Assembly: GCA_951406725.2 (NCBI GenBank) | Contig: OX597819.1 | Coordinates: forward strand, 38,378,001-38,442,000 | Source: Octopus vulgaris | Taxonomy: Eukaryota | Direction of reading: 5' to 3' | DNA: 64,000 nucleotides | In this document: positions 39,601 to 51,109 of the stretch, one piece after another | Layout: each line of letters starts with the position of its first letter | Position numbering within the stretch: position 1 is the stretch's first letter | Translations under genes and position numbers: made by a program | The notes under the pieces: generated by a model | Databases searched by the model: none | The model's input: only the letters and a program-made list of their open reading frames with translations | What the model was told of the DNA's origin: nothing

Positions 39601-40021
39601 TTATTATTATCTATATATATATTCAGCTATATATATGTATCTTTTGTATATTTACATATACGACAGGTTTCATTCAGTTTCTGTCTACCAAATCCACTCA
39701 CAAGGATTTGGTTGGTCCAAGGCTATAATAGAAGACACTTGCCCAAGGTGCCATACAGTGAAACTGAATCAGGAACCATGTGGTTGAGAAACAAGCTTCT
39801 TACCACACAGCCATGCCTGCAACTCTAGCCACAGATGAGTGACAGAAAGAAGCGCTCAGCATATTTAGTAGAAGTTACATATATTATTTAAAACAGTTTG
39901 ATTTGGCTCCATGCAACTTACAAGTTTTGTAGTTCACTGGGTTCAAGTGCCTAAACAAACTAGTTCCTGTTATGAACTTAAAAAAAAAATTTAACCTGCA
40001 CAGAACTGAATCAAATTGTTT

Positions 40022-40067
<46 letters not shown>

Positions 40068-40513
40068 GTATGAGCATCCCCTGTGATCATAATATCTTGG
40101 CGAAAGAGTTTGACAAGCTCAGAAAATATAAAGACCTGCTCATTGAAATTGAGAAAATGTGGCATCTCAAGGCGGTTACAATACCAGTGATCGTAGGAGC
40201 ACTAGGAATGATCAAGAAGGGAACCGAAAATTATATGAGAATGATCCCTGGCTTACCATCCCTGCAAGAAGTGCAAAAGATTGTCTTAACTGGTACATCA
40301 CACGTATTGAGAAGAGCATTGTCGATGTGAGAACTATTACTACCCATGTATTTTAATTTAACTTTATTTCTATCAAAACAAAAAAATGAACGAACTAGTG
40401 AGTTTAGTTTAATGGCCTACCAATGTATACTATGAGTTTCTTTGCCCTAGGAGTCGGGAAGACATTCGGCAAGAAATGGAAGCAAATTTGAAAGAAGAAG
40501 AAAAACCCATAAA
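40068..40513 (+). mobile_element. 5'-truncated R4/Dong-clade non-LTR retrotransposon (restriction-like endonuclease C-terminus plus 3' UTR) in a (TAA)n tract
   Basis: SIPCDHNILAKEFDKLRKYKDLLIEIEKMWHLKAVTIPVIVGALG...QKIVLTGTSHVLRRALSM* is the REL tail (K..KY..L, P-V-I-V-G-A-L-G). (TAA)15 at 40023-40067 and (TAA)5 at 40514-40528. Confidence 0.85.
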
Positions 40514-42203
40514 TAATAATAATAATAATGTGTGTGTGTGTGTGTGTGTGTATAAGGCGAATTGGCAGAATTGTTAATGCATTGGACAAAATGCTTAGCA
40601 GCATTTCCTCTGTCTTTACATTCTGAGTTCAAATTTCATCAAGGTAATGTTTGCCTTCCATCCTTTCATGGTCAATGAAGTACCAGTTGCATACCATTGA
40701 CAATGTAATCACCCCACCCCCCGTATGCAACTGGTATTTCATTGACCCTGCAAAATTACAGGCTTTGGACCTATAGTAGAAAGGATTATTGTGTGTATAC
40801 ACACATATGTATGTATATATGTATGCATATATTGTATGAAAAGCTTCTAAATAGTATTTCTGACTACTAAATTCACTCGTAAGGCATTGGACAGCTTGGG
40901 GCTACAATAGAAGGGGCTTGCCCAAGTTGTCACACTGTGGGACTGAACCCAACACTATATGGTTGAGAAGTGAAATTCTTAACTTCATAGCCATAGCTGT
41001 ACTTATAGAGTGTGATATTTACATTTCTGGATACAAATACATATACCTTTTGCTAAGATGACATGAGAACTTAGTTATCCTAGGAAGTTCATTGTTGAAA
41101 GACTTGTTCTCAAACTAAAAGTTTGCCTTTTTAAACTTATAATTATTTCATCATAAAAAAAAATTTATAAAAAAAAACGTTTACATGGTTTAATCTATCA
41201 CATGGGAGAAAATATAATTTGCAATAGTTTCATTTGAATTAAACACTTACTCCATTATTTCATTTAAGTCTACAAGAACCAAAAACCTGAATTGTATAAG
41301 AATTTTTATCCAGACAAATAAAATACATGTACATATTATGACATAAGCTTATAACTTTAATGTTATCATTTGCAGTTACTATATCTTAACAAGACTACCC
41401 TTCGTTCTAAAATACAAAACCATGTTTTTAAAGTGTTCTAGATGAAATCCTTCCATTAAAATTTTATGTTAATTTATGTTCTAAATTCCAACTTAATAAT
41501 AATAAAATTATTTTAATAAACTTATTTATTAAATTCTTTATTATTTTCAAAATTAATTGAAAAATAAAAGTAGTATATTTCAACAGAAACATGATAACAA
41601 AAGGGTTAATTTAATTTCCCTCATAAGTCTCATTTGGCTGATATATTACATTTAAAAGTTAGTTGATATTTTAAACTTTTTTTTAATATTGTATTTTGAT
41701 TAGTAAATAGAATAAATTAAATTTTTCTTTTAATTAGAATATATGTATATCATATTAGAATATATATGCTTTGATACTTCTAATTAATATTATGATATAT
41801 ATATATATATCATAATATTAATTAGGAATATGCATCAAAGCATTATCCTGTTAGTTTTCCTTGTTTTCTATAGAGCCTGTGTATATAAGCCACTGGCAAT
41901 TAAACTTTAATGTTTTAAAACTGTGAAATGTGAAATCAATAGATGTAATTAATAAATATATAGATAATTTGCTTGCAATATTTTCTCTCTTGATTTTCAT
42001 TTGATTGTTCATTTACTATAAAAACTCTTTAAAATAATCTAATGTTCTTTTATAGTAGTTATATTTATCGTTCATGTGAAAAATGAAGCTTTTGTTAATG
42101 TGTTGAAGTTTAATTGTGTGTGTGTGTGTGTGTGTTAAATGTTTATCACAAATTAACAAATAGTGAAACAAGATGGCAAAATAATGCCTTGTGATATTTA
42201 TAT

Positions 42204-42670
42204 ATCATCATCATCATCATCATCATCATCATTTAGCGTCCGTTTTCCATGCTAGCATGGGTTGGACGGTTCAACTGGGGTCTGGGGAGCCCGAAGGCTG
42301 CACCAGACCAGTCAGATCTGGCAGTGTTTCTACAGCTGGATGCCCTTCCTAACGCCAACCACTCCGAGAGTGTAGTGGGTGATTTTATGTGCCACCGACA
42401 CAGGTGCCAGACGAGGCTGGCAGACGGCCACGCTCGGATGGTGTTTTTATGTGCCACCGACACAGGTGCCAGATGAGGCTGGCGGACGGCCACGATCGGA
42501 TGGTGTTTGTTACGTCCCCAAAGCACGGAGGCCAGTCTATGCGGTACTGGCTACGGCCACGTTCGGATGATTTTCTTGTGTGCCACCGGCACTGGTACCA
42601 CAAAGATACAAATTCCATTGATGTTCATCTATTTTGATTTGTTTTGATTTGATTTTTGATTTAATTTTCA
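42204..42670 (-). mobile_element. 5'-truncated RTE LINE 3' UTR copy
   Basis: (CAT)n tail on the + strand, near-identical terminal segment and internal tandem units. Confidence 0.82.
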
Positions 42671-43711
42671 CAGAATTAAATTAATATATAGTTCTCTTCC
42701 CTCCAAAATAAAAACACAACACTATAGAATTGCTCCAGTAGTATTATGTTGTTTATTTTTCTTTTATTATTACCTTTGATTTTCTTTTTTTATTTCCTGT
42801 CAGATTTTCTTAACAAGACTATTATTATAAGAATTTAAAACTTTTACTGCAATTAGCAGTGATGTAAAATGTAATCAGAATTCTAATTTGTTGATTAAAA
42901 AAAAATTAAAAAAAAGAATCACATTTCCTTTTGCAGTGATATTAATTTTTAGTGTTTGAATTGCTTTCAATTCCTTTTTTAGGTCTTTGCTGGCATTCCT
43001 CACACCACCTTCTAGGTCAGCTATATTCTCGTGATATTTGTTTGCTTGGAATGGAAAATACATTTGTTTTGCTTTATTTTGCAATAATTTTATATTGTGG
43101 CAATAAATTTTTTATTTTTTGCTGTTGACATTTAGCTTTTATTTGGCTCCTTTTACCTTATTGTTCCTTTTTTCCCCAATGATTACCTACCCTTCTTTTA
43201 TTTCTTCAATGATTACATCCCTTCCTTTTTTTCTTTTCTTTTTGCTTTCAGCGTCTTCATTTGCTTTTCATTTATTATTAGTTTAACACACACACACACA
43301 TATAATATATATTAAATACACATAACTCTTGAACTAAACTGTACTTATATGGTTTGAAAATTATGATGATTGTTGTAGTTTTAGAATAGTTCAGAAGTTC
43401 TAGTGAAATGTAACTAACACCTAATTTCTAATTCCTTCACCCTAGTGAAGAGTAGGATCCTTACTTAAGTAACTAAACAAATTAGACTCAAGCCAAGAAT
43501 ATTGTTCTAATATAGTTTAATTTAAAATTATAATAATAAATTTCTATCTGAACTAGTCTTATTCAGTTTGTATTTGAACTGGTCTCATCAAGTTCTTTGA
43601 ATAAATTTATTAGTTTTGGTGTATCTTTCTTATAGTCAGGTTTTTATTTCCACAGTTTCAATATCATTGATTATGTAAAACACTAAAGTTGTATTATTTT
43701 TATTGTACACT

Positions 43712-43944
43712 GACATATTCAGGCTAGTGTTCTAATATCAGTTGTTATAGTCACTATATTTTGGCTGTAGTACCTTCCAGTCATCCTCAGGTGCCTGTTA
43801 TATTTGCTACTGTTCTTGTGATTTCATTTTAAAATTCTAAGAACATTATTGAAAACAGCAGGTATCTAAGGAAGGTCGTTGGGTTTTATGGCTGAAATGT
43901 AGTGTCCATAACAAGCAAGTTGAGGACACTAGGTAGAATATGTC
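43712..43944. mobile_element. fold-back element with two inverted, decayed hammerhead-like motifs
   Basis: Arms at about 43712-43797 and 43859-43944. Arm consensus CAGG.A(C/T)-CT(G/A)AGGA-..G..-GC(C/T)(G/A)AAA-T.TAGTG..ATAACAA. Confidence 0.55.
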
Positions 43945-45418
43945 CTCAGAAATTCAAAGGAAATTAGTTTTATTTTATTTTATCCCCAAAATTACATTTC
44001 CAATGACTTACTCAGAACTCTGTAACTGGTGGAAGGAAGAGTGGAAAATTTTTTTGAACCAAAGACCTAGCCAGAGTTCTTGTAACAGTGTACTCTACTA
44101 AAGGCAACTAGGTGTCAAGCCCTGGTGTTAAAGTAGAAATTAAGTTTATTTCACACTTCTAAACAGGAATTGTCTCTTTTGCTGGGTGCTACATACTTTC
44201 TCTTACCCAATTTCACTCACAAGACTTTGGTTAACCTTTGGCTATGATAGAAGGTACTTATCCATGTTGTTGCTGCCCAGTGGAATCTAATTTAAAATAA
44301 CTCTTTATCACATAACTTCTCTTCCACACATCCATAACTTGATATAGAAAATATTTTCCCTTAGGTAGTTTCTTTTATTTTCAAAAATGCTAAATGTTTT
44401 TGTTTGTTTTTTATGCTTTGGGAAAAATTCTTGCAGAAACATAAGACTGTTGACAAAAATATCCTTAAATTGAATCAAATTAAGGAAGTGGTAAAAGCAG
44501 AAACAGACATATTGTAGTGTTTGGGGCTCCAAGAGTTTTCTGGCATTTTTCTGTCATTTCGTTAAATTAGATAAAAATATCTTAAAATAACTGATACCAA
44601 ATCAAACATATCTTGTTTAATATGTTGCATTTATGAAACCAAATGTTAGCAAATGTCACTGCTGTACACTTAGACATCAACAAGACATTTCTCTATCAGC
44701 AACACAATATAGTTAGAAACATATCAAATAGTAGCAAATTATTATGCTGGATAAATTACATGCAGTGTATCATAATTGGTGGAGTATGCCTAGCTGAGCA
44801 AAGTCATGAGTGATGTTCTCTAAGGTACAATACTGAGTATTTTCTGATCTGACAAATGAGTTTGTGTTTAGTAAAACTAGAATCTTACCATAGGATTCAA
44901 AATTTTAAAAATAAAAATTTAATAGTAATCACAATAAACAGTATCACCCATTCCTTATTCAAATTTGATCCCAATGCTACCATGAAATGGTTTAAGCAGC
45001 AAGAGGATTAATAAATGAGTGGAATTTTTAAACAATCCTACTTTCTTTCTTCCAACCAAATCTCTCAGGGTAATTAAAAGCTAAAAGCAAAGTTAGTATT
45101 ACTAAGAAAATCTACTTCTGAATACTTAAAATAGTCCAATTAGCAAACTATGATGTTTTAATTCTTTTCTACCTTGTCGTTGTTCAAACATCTTTCTATT
45201 ATTTGTTGCCAATTATGGTCAGTCTTTACCAAAAGAGATTTTGTGGGCAATTAGGATAACTTAAAGTCAGTATACCTTTACTCCTTTCAATGGGTTTGGC
45301 AACATTGTATGATTTATAAAATGTGGAAAAATTGTCTTCTAAAGATATCCTTATGATATATAAATACAGCTTAAAATTACCCAAGGTTGGAACCTGCGGC
45401 ACCAAGATTTTAGTGTAA

Positions 45419-45732
45419 CTAACTAACGCTCCATCGCTTATGAGAATGAAGGTTTCAGTTGACCTGTTCAACAGGACAGCCTGCTCATGAAATTAACATG
45501 CAAGTGGCTGAGCATTCCACAGTTACACATATCCTTAGCGTTCTCATGGAGATTCAGCATGACACAGTGTGACAAGGCTGGCCCTTTGAAATACAAGTAC
45601 TACTCATCTTTGCCAGCTGAGTGAACTGAAGTAACATGAAATAAAGTGTCTTGCTCAAGGACACGATGTGCCACCAGGAATCGAACTTATGACCTCACGA
45701 TCATGAGCTAAATACCCTAACCACTAAGCCAA
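45419..45732 (-). mobile_element. tRNA-derived SINE
   Basis: Minus-strand head TGGCTTAGTGGTTAGG...GTTCGATTCC. TSD ATTTTAGTGTAA at 45407-45418 and 45733-45744. Confidence 0.85.
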
Positions 45733-45785
45733 ATTTTAGTGTAATAAACACATATCTATTGAAAACAGAGATTTAGTGACACTAA

Positions 45786-45983
45786 CCCTTTGAATCCACA
45801 AGTAAACTTTACCAGGCACAATTCAATTTGACTATACACCTGGAAGATGTAAAAGCAGCTGGCTACATGGTTTTATGTTTACAGTTTACAGACTAACAGA
45901 AACAGTGTTGTTTTCAGCCATAAACTCAAAACCGTGTGATCACCCACTTTTACCTACTAAAGTGTACTCACGGGTTCAAAGGG
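45786..45983. mobile_element. piggyBac-type MITE
   Basis: About 26-bp imperfect TIRs CCCTTTGAA(T/C)CC...AGTA(A/C)ACTTTA, flanked by CTAA and TTAA. Confidence 0.7.
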
Positions 45984-48900
45984 TTAAGTAATCCTGCTAA
46001 CCTACTACAGCTATGTCACCCACTTTTGCTGTAATCAATTTATCAGATCCTCAGTTTCCATTAATATATCTGAACATCCCAAGGGATGTTCAGATATACT
46101 AATAACATACAGAGTCAATGAACTACACTTTCTAATTCTTAAAAATAACATGAGCCTTATCTTTTTCTGTAGTAAATAAAATAAATTGTCCATGAAGTAC
46201 TTCAGTTGATATATATAATCAACTATATACCATCCTTCAAACTTGCACCCAAGTTAAAAATCAATATTTGGTATATCTATGGTTTGACAGAGCGGCAGAA
46301 ATGGTAAAGTGCCATATTAAATTGCAATGTTTAATTATTGACATCTTCTTAATATTCTCAAATTAAATCATGCTACTTCAACAAGAACAGTAAAGGCTAA
46401 TCTTCTGGAGGAAGTCAGAATAAGGCCAAAATATGTCTTGAGTTGTCTTCCATACTTACCAAAGAAATGAAAATAATATTGGTCATTGGCTAATATTGAT
46501 ATTATTTCACCCCTTCATTAGTAAATGTTAATTTGTCACCTATCATTTTTCATACATTTCTTTCTTTTTTTAATACATATTTAAGAACTATGAATTATAG
46601 TTAGATAACTTATACCAGGGTGAAGGGTGACAAGTTCTAATAAGCACTATGTGGGAAAACCATGTGCGAAATTCTTTAAAAAATATATTTCTTACAATTT
46701 AGTGGTATTACTTTGTATAGTAAGAAAATGTGGGGAAAATGGAAAAATTGTCATGTGAGGAAAATGGAAAAATTTGATGGTGATGGATAATTTGCAAACA
46801 ATATTACACATTTTTCTGAAAATATTAGATAGAAATTGGTTTAACAAATGTTATGAGGAAACTCTTAATCAAAAAAAATATGCTTAATCCTGTAATTTTC
46901 AGTATATTTTGTTTTTTTTTTCATGGGTATTTTATCTTTTCATATTATATACCCATAGAAATGTGTTTATAATTTTGATATGTCTTGGTAAATATCTTTA
47001 GTATGTTTCAAAATTATTCAAATATTGTTTCTTTATTCATAAATATACATTAATCTTGTAAGAATGATTGTATTGATGTATTCTATTTAGGTTTTTCTGA
47101 ACTGAAAGTGTAGAAGATGATTATTATTATTATTCTTTAGGCAGTGAGCTGGCAGAATTGTTATCATGCCGAGCAAAACGCTCACCAGTATTTCGCCTGT
47201 CACTGTTCTCAGTTCAAATTCCGCCAAGGTTGACTTTGCCTTTCATCCTTTCGGGGTTAGTAAAATAAGTACCAGTTGAAGACTGGGGTTGATGTAATCA
47301 ACTCATCCTTTCCCCCCAGATTGCTGCCCTTGTGGAAAAATTGAAAGCATTATTATCATTATTATTAGTTTAATGATTATGGTTTTTAAGTGTTTTATCA
47401 ATAATTAGGTTTTAGAAAAGAAAACATTTTTTTAAATATTTAGTTTCTTCTATTTTATATTGTATTAATTGTAATTCTTATTAGTTATTGGACACCAATT
47501 TTGTTAGTGTTATTATTGTTAATATCCATAGAATAGTCTCACTAGTCTCTGCTGGGGACACTTGGGAATCTAGCTGGAAAGACTGTTGCTACTGATAGGA
47601 CCCTATAGAGGAGGTACCTGAGAATTCCACTCCAACAACCCTACTAGGAACAGTGGACAGAAAAGATGGACGGTTGAGAATATAAGAATAGTGGCAGAAT
47701 CAGTTGAATGGCACAAAATATTTTGTGGTATTTAAATTACATATCTCAATGCTCTGAGTTCAAATCCTGCTGTGGTCAACTTTGCTATTCATCCTTTTGG
47801 GGTTGATAAAATGTGTACCAGTTGAGTACTGAGATTGACTTAACTGGCTATATCCACCTTCCACATTTGAATCCCTATGTTAGAAACAAATATTATGTAA
47901 CCCGAAGTTAGTACTAAACTAAAAGCAAAATATGTCATATTTTGCACCATTCAAATTTTCTAATCTGAGTATAATCTGAACATCTATGGTTAAGAACCTT
48001 CAGCCTTCTTCAGAGCCACATACATTTTCTAGTTTATTCAAATTGGACCTTGATATTCCAATAATAGAAAATATCAAATAATTAAGATTAAATTAGGTAA
48101 TTAGGCAAAAAATATTACAGTTAACTAACATTATTCTCTGGTCAAGCAATTCCAGATTCTTAACCATTGTCAGTGGAAGTATAGCTTTTACCATTCCTTG
48201 CTGGCTCTCTTACTGTATATATATATTCATAAAGTTGGAATATGAAATTAGAAAAAGTATATTTGTTTATAATTTATTTATTCTTCAGTTTCATTTAAAT
48301 TTAGTTGTTCTAGGATAAAATTATTGTATTTTTATTGTGTTTATTTTTTTTTTAAAACTCTTGAACTTTTAAATGTGGTTGATTCCTTTGCTGGTACCAG
48401 GAAAGAAATGTTTATTCTCTATTATTTCTGTAATCTTAGGTAATAAATAATATTAAAATTTCTCAAAGAAAATGAAAAAGCAAAGGCTTGTAATTGTGTC
48501 TACTGTTTTATTTATTTATTTATTTATTTTACATCTTTTTTTTTCCTGTCATTTCAATGTCTTTGACATACTAATTTGTGGCCAAAGATGAAGTTTGAGA
48601 TTTATAGTTGGTAAAGTTCAGTTTGAAGACTTCAAATAGATTTTAAAAAATTTTCCACCTGACAGCAAGTGTCTTTTCATCAATTTTCTTCTGTTTGATT
48701 TATATAATCAGAGTTATTCACTTACTCAAAACATTTTTATTTACCCTTTGAACTCTCTCACAGTTATCAAGATGCCTTCTATTCCATAAGAAGAAACAAA
48801 TTCCTGCAAAAGTTGCATTTTAGAGCATTAATATTTATCTTTTTTAAAGTTAACTACTTCATTATAGCTTCCTTTAGAGTTATTTACCTCATGTTCTTTC

Positions 48901-49058
48901 ATTTATTCATGTTTATTTCTATTACAACATTAATACAACAATTTCTTTAGATATTTTCAAGGTTTTTTTTGGAATTGCTTTTCTTTTTTGTCATTGTTTT
49001 TTTTGTGTATGTTTTCATGTGCTTTTGCTTTACTGTTAATTATTTTTATTTTTTAAAG

Positions 49059-49608
49059 TTCCAGAAATTCACTGGGTTTCACTGTCAACGAAGCTAAAAT
49101 GAACAGTCCGAGCAGAGCATCAATTCCAAATGCTTCCACTGGAAGCTCTAGTGCTGATTTAATTGCAGAGATCACTGCAAAAGGAAAGTCTACTTTGAAG
49201 AGAACTCCACGACCAGAACCTACTGTGATGATGTACACTGAAAAAGGCATGGTCCCTGTAACAACTACCTCACCATTGTCAACTGCAGTTTCTCCTACAT
49301 ATTCAGCTGCAACACCAACAACAACAACCACTACCACAACAACAACAACAGATATTAGCACTTCTTCGAACAACAATAACAGTACTGTAACCAGTATTAC
49401 TACTACCACTACTACTACTCGTAGTAGTAGTAATATCAAGTTGAATGACATAAAGACAAATCCTACAACAAATTTCTCACCAAATGTATCAGCAAACACA
49501 AGCCATGTCATTACTGCCAGCACGCCTATTGCCACTATCACCAACAACACCAGTGAGGCACCAACCCCAATGCCAGCAGCTGCTCCACAGCCACTGCCTA
49601 AAGCAAAG
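49059..49608 (+). CDS. espn: espin/forked-like gene, WH2-containing exon (spliced form)
   Basis: Long polypyrimidine tract; acceptors at 49058 or 49064 are both phase 2. SADLIAEITAKGKSTLKRTP (about 49150-49209) matches the espin WH2 pattern (helix then LK-x-T). Followed by a Thr-rich tract; donor AAG|gtagga at 49609 is phase 0. Confidence 0.88.
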
Positions 49609-50997
49609 GTAGGAAATGGACACTATGAAGATACTGTTACTAGTACTTCATTGCGTCGACAGAAGTTACTGGAAAGTCATAAAAATAATTCTCTTATTGA
49701 AATAGAAGAGGAGGTGTCTGTTAATGAGAAAACAATTTCCCCAACACATTCAGGGGACAGTAATCAGGATGACAGGGAGACAGATAAAAAACAAACAGAG
49801 GATACTTCAAAAGAAATAAAGTCAGCAGTAGATTGTAAAACTTTTCATTCAGGAAATAGTTGGGAAAGTAAGCTTCTTCCTTCTGGAAGGAAATTACCAA
49901 TGTTGAATGGAAAAATATCTACATTTTGGCAAATGGGAGGGAAGAGAAGCTTTGAACTTCCTAAAAAGAAGCATAATATTTTGTCTAGAATAAGTCAAGA
50001 AATCATAGAAATACCATCAGATGTTTATGATAAAAGTAATGAAACGAAACAAAAGAAAATTGATGATAGTGATCTAAAAACCTTATTGAAAAAGCCTAGT
50101 GTAGGTTTAAATGGGAAAGTAAAAGAAGCTACATTAGTTTCTCCACAAACCAATAATGGCATAAAAAGGAATGTAAAAGAGTCTAGGTTAGGCAGACCAG
50201 AGACATTTAAAAGTCTAAGAGGAAGACTCAAAGAATCTAGTCTGTCATCAGAAACATCCACAGAATCCAGATATACAAAGTCTTTGGGGATTTCCGAAAA
50301 CAGATTCTCTTTACAATCTAGTTTTTCTTCAGAAACATCTACTGAATCCAAGAATTTTAGATCAATGGATTCGTATGAGAGAAGATTAATAAAACAGTCC
50401 AGTATGTCTTCAGAAGCATCAACAGATTCTAGAAGTATAAGATTTGCTGATGTCTCTGATGATGTAATGGTTAAAGATTATAGTATATCATCAGAAATGT
50501 CTCTAGATTCCAAGCATTACAAATATGACGACAGTGAGACATCTGCGGGTAATGAGACTGATGAGTCTGAATCAGATTATGCTTACAATGGGGGAGTTTA
50601 TGATAGATGTAGTGGCCGAAGGATTGGACCAGTCGTTAATGAGATCAAATACAAAGCAGAATCATTAAAAAAGGAAACCTATAATTTTACAAAGAGCTTA
50701 GTTAACTTCAATCAAGGATTATATGTGGAAGATGTCGATGATGATTATGATGATTGTTATTATTATTCCGATTACGATAACAGAAATTATATTGAGGAAA
50801 GGAATAAAGCAATGAGCAACCACATGCTTGAATTTAATATATGTAAACAGCCAATAGAGCATCCATTGAAAACTAGGCAATTTAGAAGTCTTGTTGATAG
50901 GAGACATATTCAGATTGGCACTAACTTTAGAGATTACGGTCAAACAAGATATAAAAATTTGCCTAGAAAATCACATTATGAAACCTTCATTAATTGA
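49609..50997 (+). CDS. espn: putative alternative terminal extension of the WH2 exon (donor read-through, about 462 aa, K/S/E/D-rich)
   Basis: ORF 49099..50997 continues without stops through the donor in AT-rich DNA, ends in TGA, and has AATAAA at 51104-51109. Confidence 0.7.
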   Translation, partial: VGNGHYEDTVTSTSLRRQKLLESHKNNSLIEIEEEVSVNEKTISPTHSGDSNQDDRETDKKQTEDTSKEIKSAVDCKTFHSGNSWESKLLPSGRKLPMLNGKISTFWQMGGKRSFELPKKKHNILSRISQEIIEIPSDVYDKSNETKQKKIDDSDLKTLLKKPSVGLNGKVKEATLVSPQTNNGIKRNVKESRLGRPETFKSLRGRLKESSLSSETSTESRYTKSLGISENRFSLQSSFSSETSTESKNFRSMDSYERRLIKQSSMSSEASTDSRSIRFADVSDDVMVKDYSISSEMSLDSKHYKYDDSETSAGNETDESESDYAYNGGVYDRCSGRRIGPVVNEIKYKAESLKKETYNFTKSLVNFNQGLYVEDVDDDYDDCYYYSDYDNRNYIEERNKAMSNHMLEFNICKQPIEHPLKTRQFRSLVDRRHIQIGTNFRDYGQTRYKNLPRKSHYETFIN

Positions 50998-51103
50998 ATA
51001 GGCTTCTCATTTAAACTTAGGAAATGATTGTTTATCCTTGTTAAGAACAATTCTTGTAGCTTAATCTAAAGAAAATTTCATTAAAATGTCTAGAAATCTA
51101 TAT

Positions 51104-51109
51104 AATAAA
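51104..51109 (+). promoter_or_regulatory. candidate polyadenylation signal for the alternative terminal exon
   Basis: AATAAA about 107 nt after the stop at 50997, followed by T/GT-rich sequence. The hexamer is common in AT-rich DNA. Confidence 0.4.

Noticed and set aside
49053-50943. Antisense ORFs opposite the large exons (also 27972-28984)
   Set aside because: Shadows of low-complexity sense codons with no independent splice or motif support.
49099-50997. Stand-alone intronless 632-aa gene
   Set aside because: The frame is open upstream of the ATG to a phase-compatible acceptor, and the WH2 motif belongs to the espin architecture.
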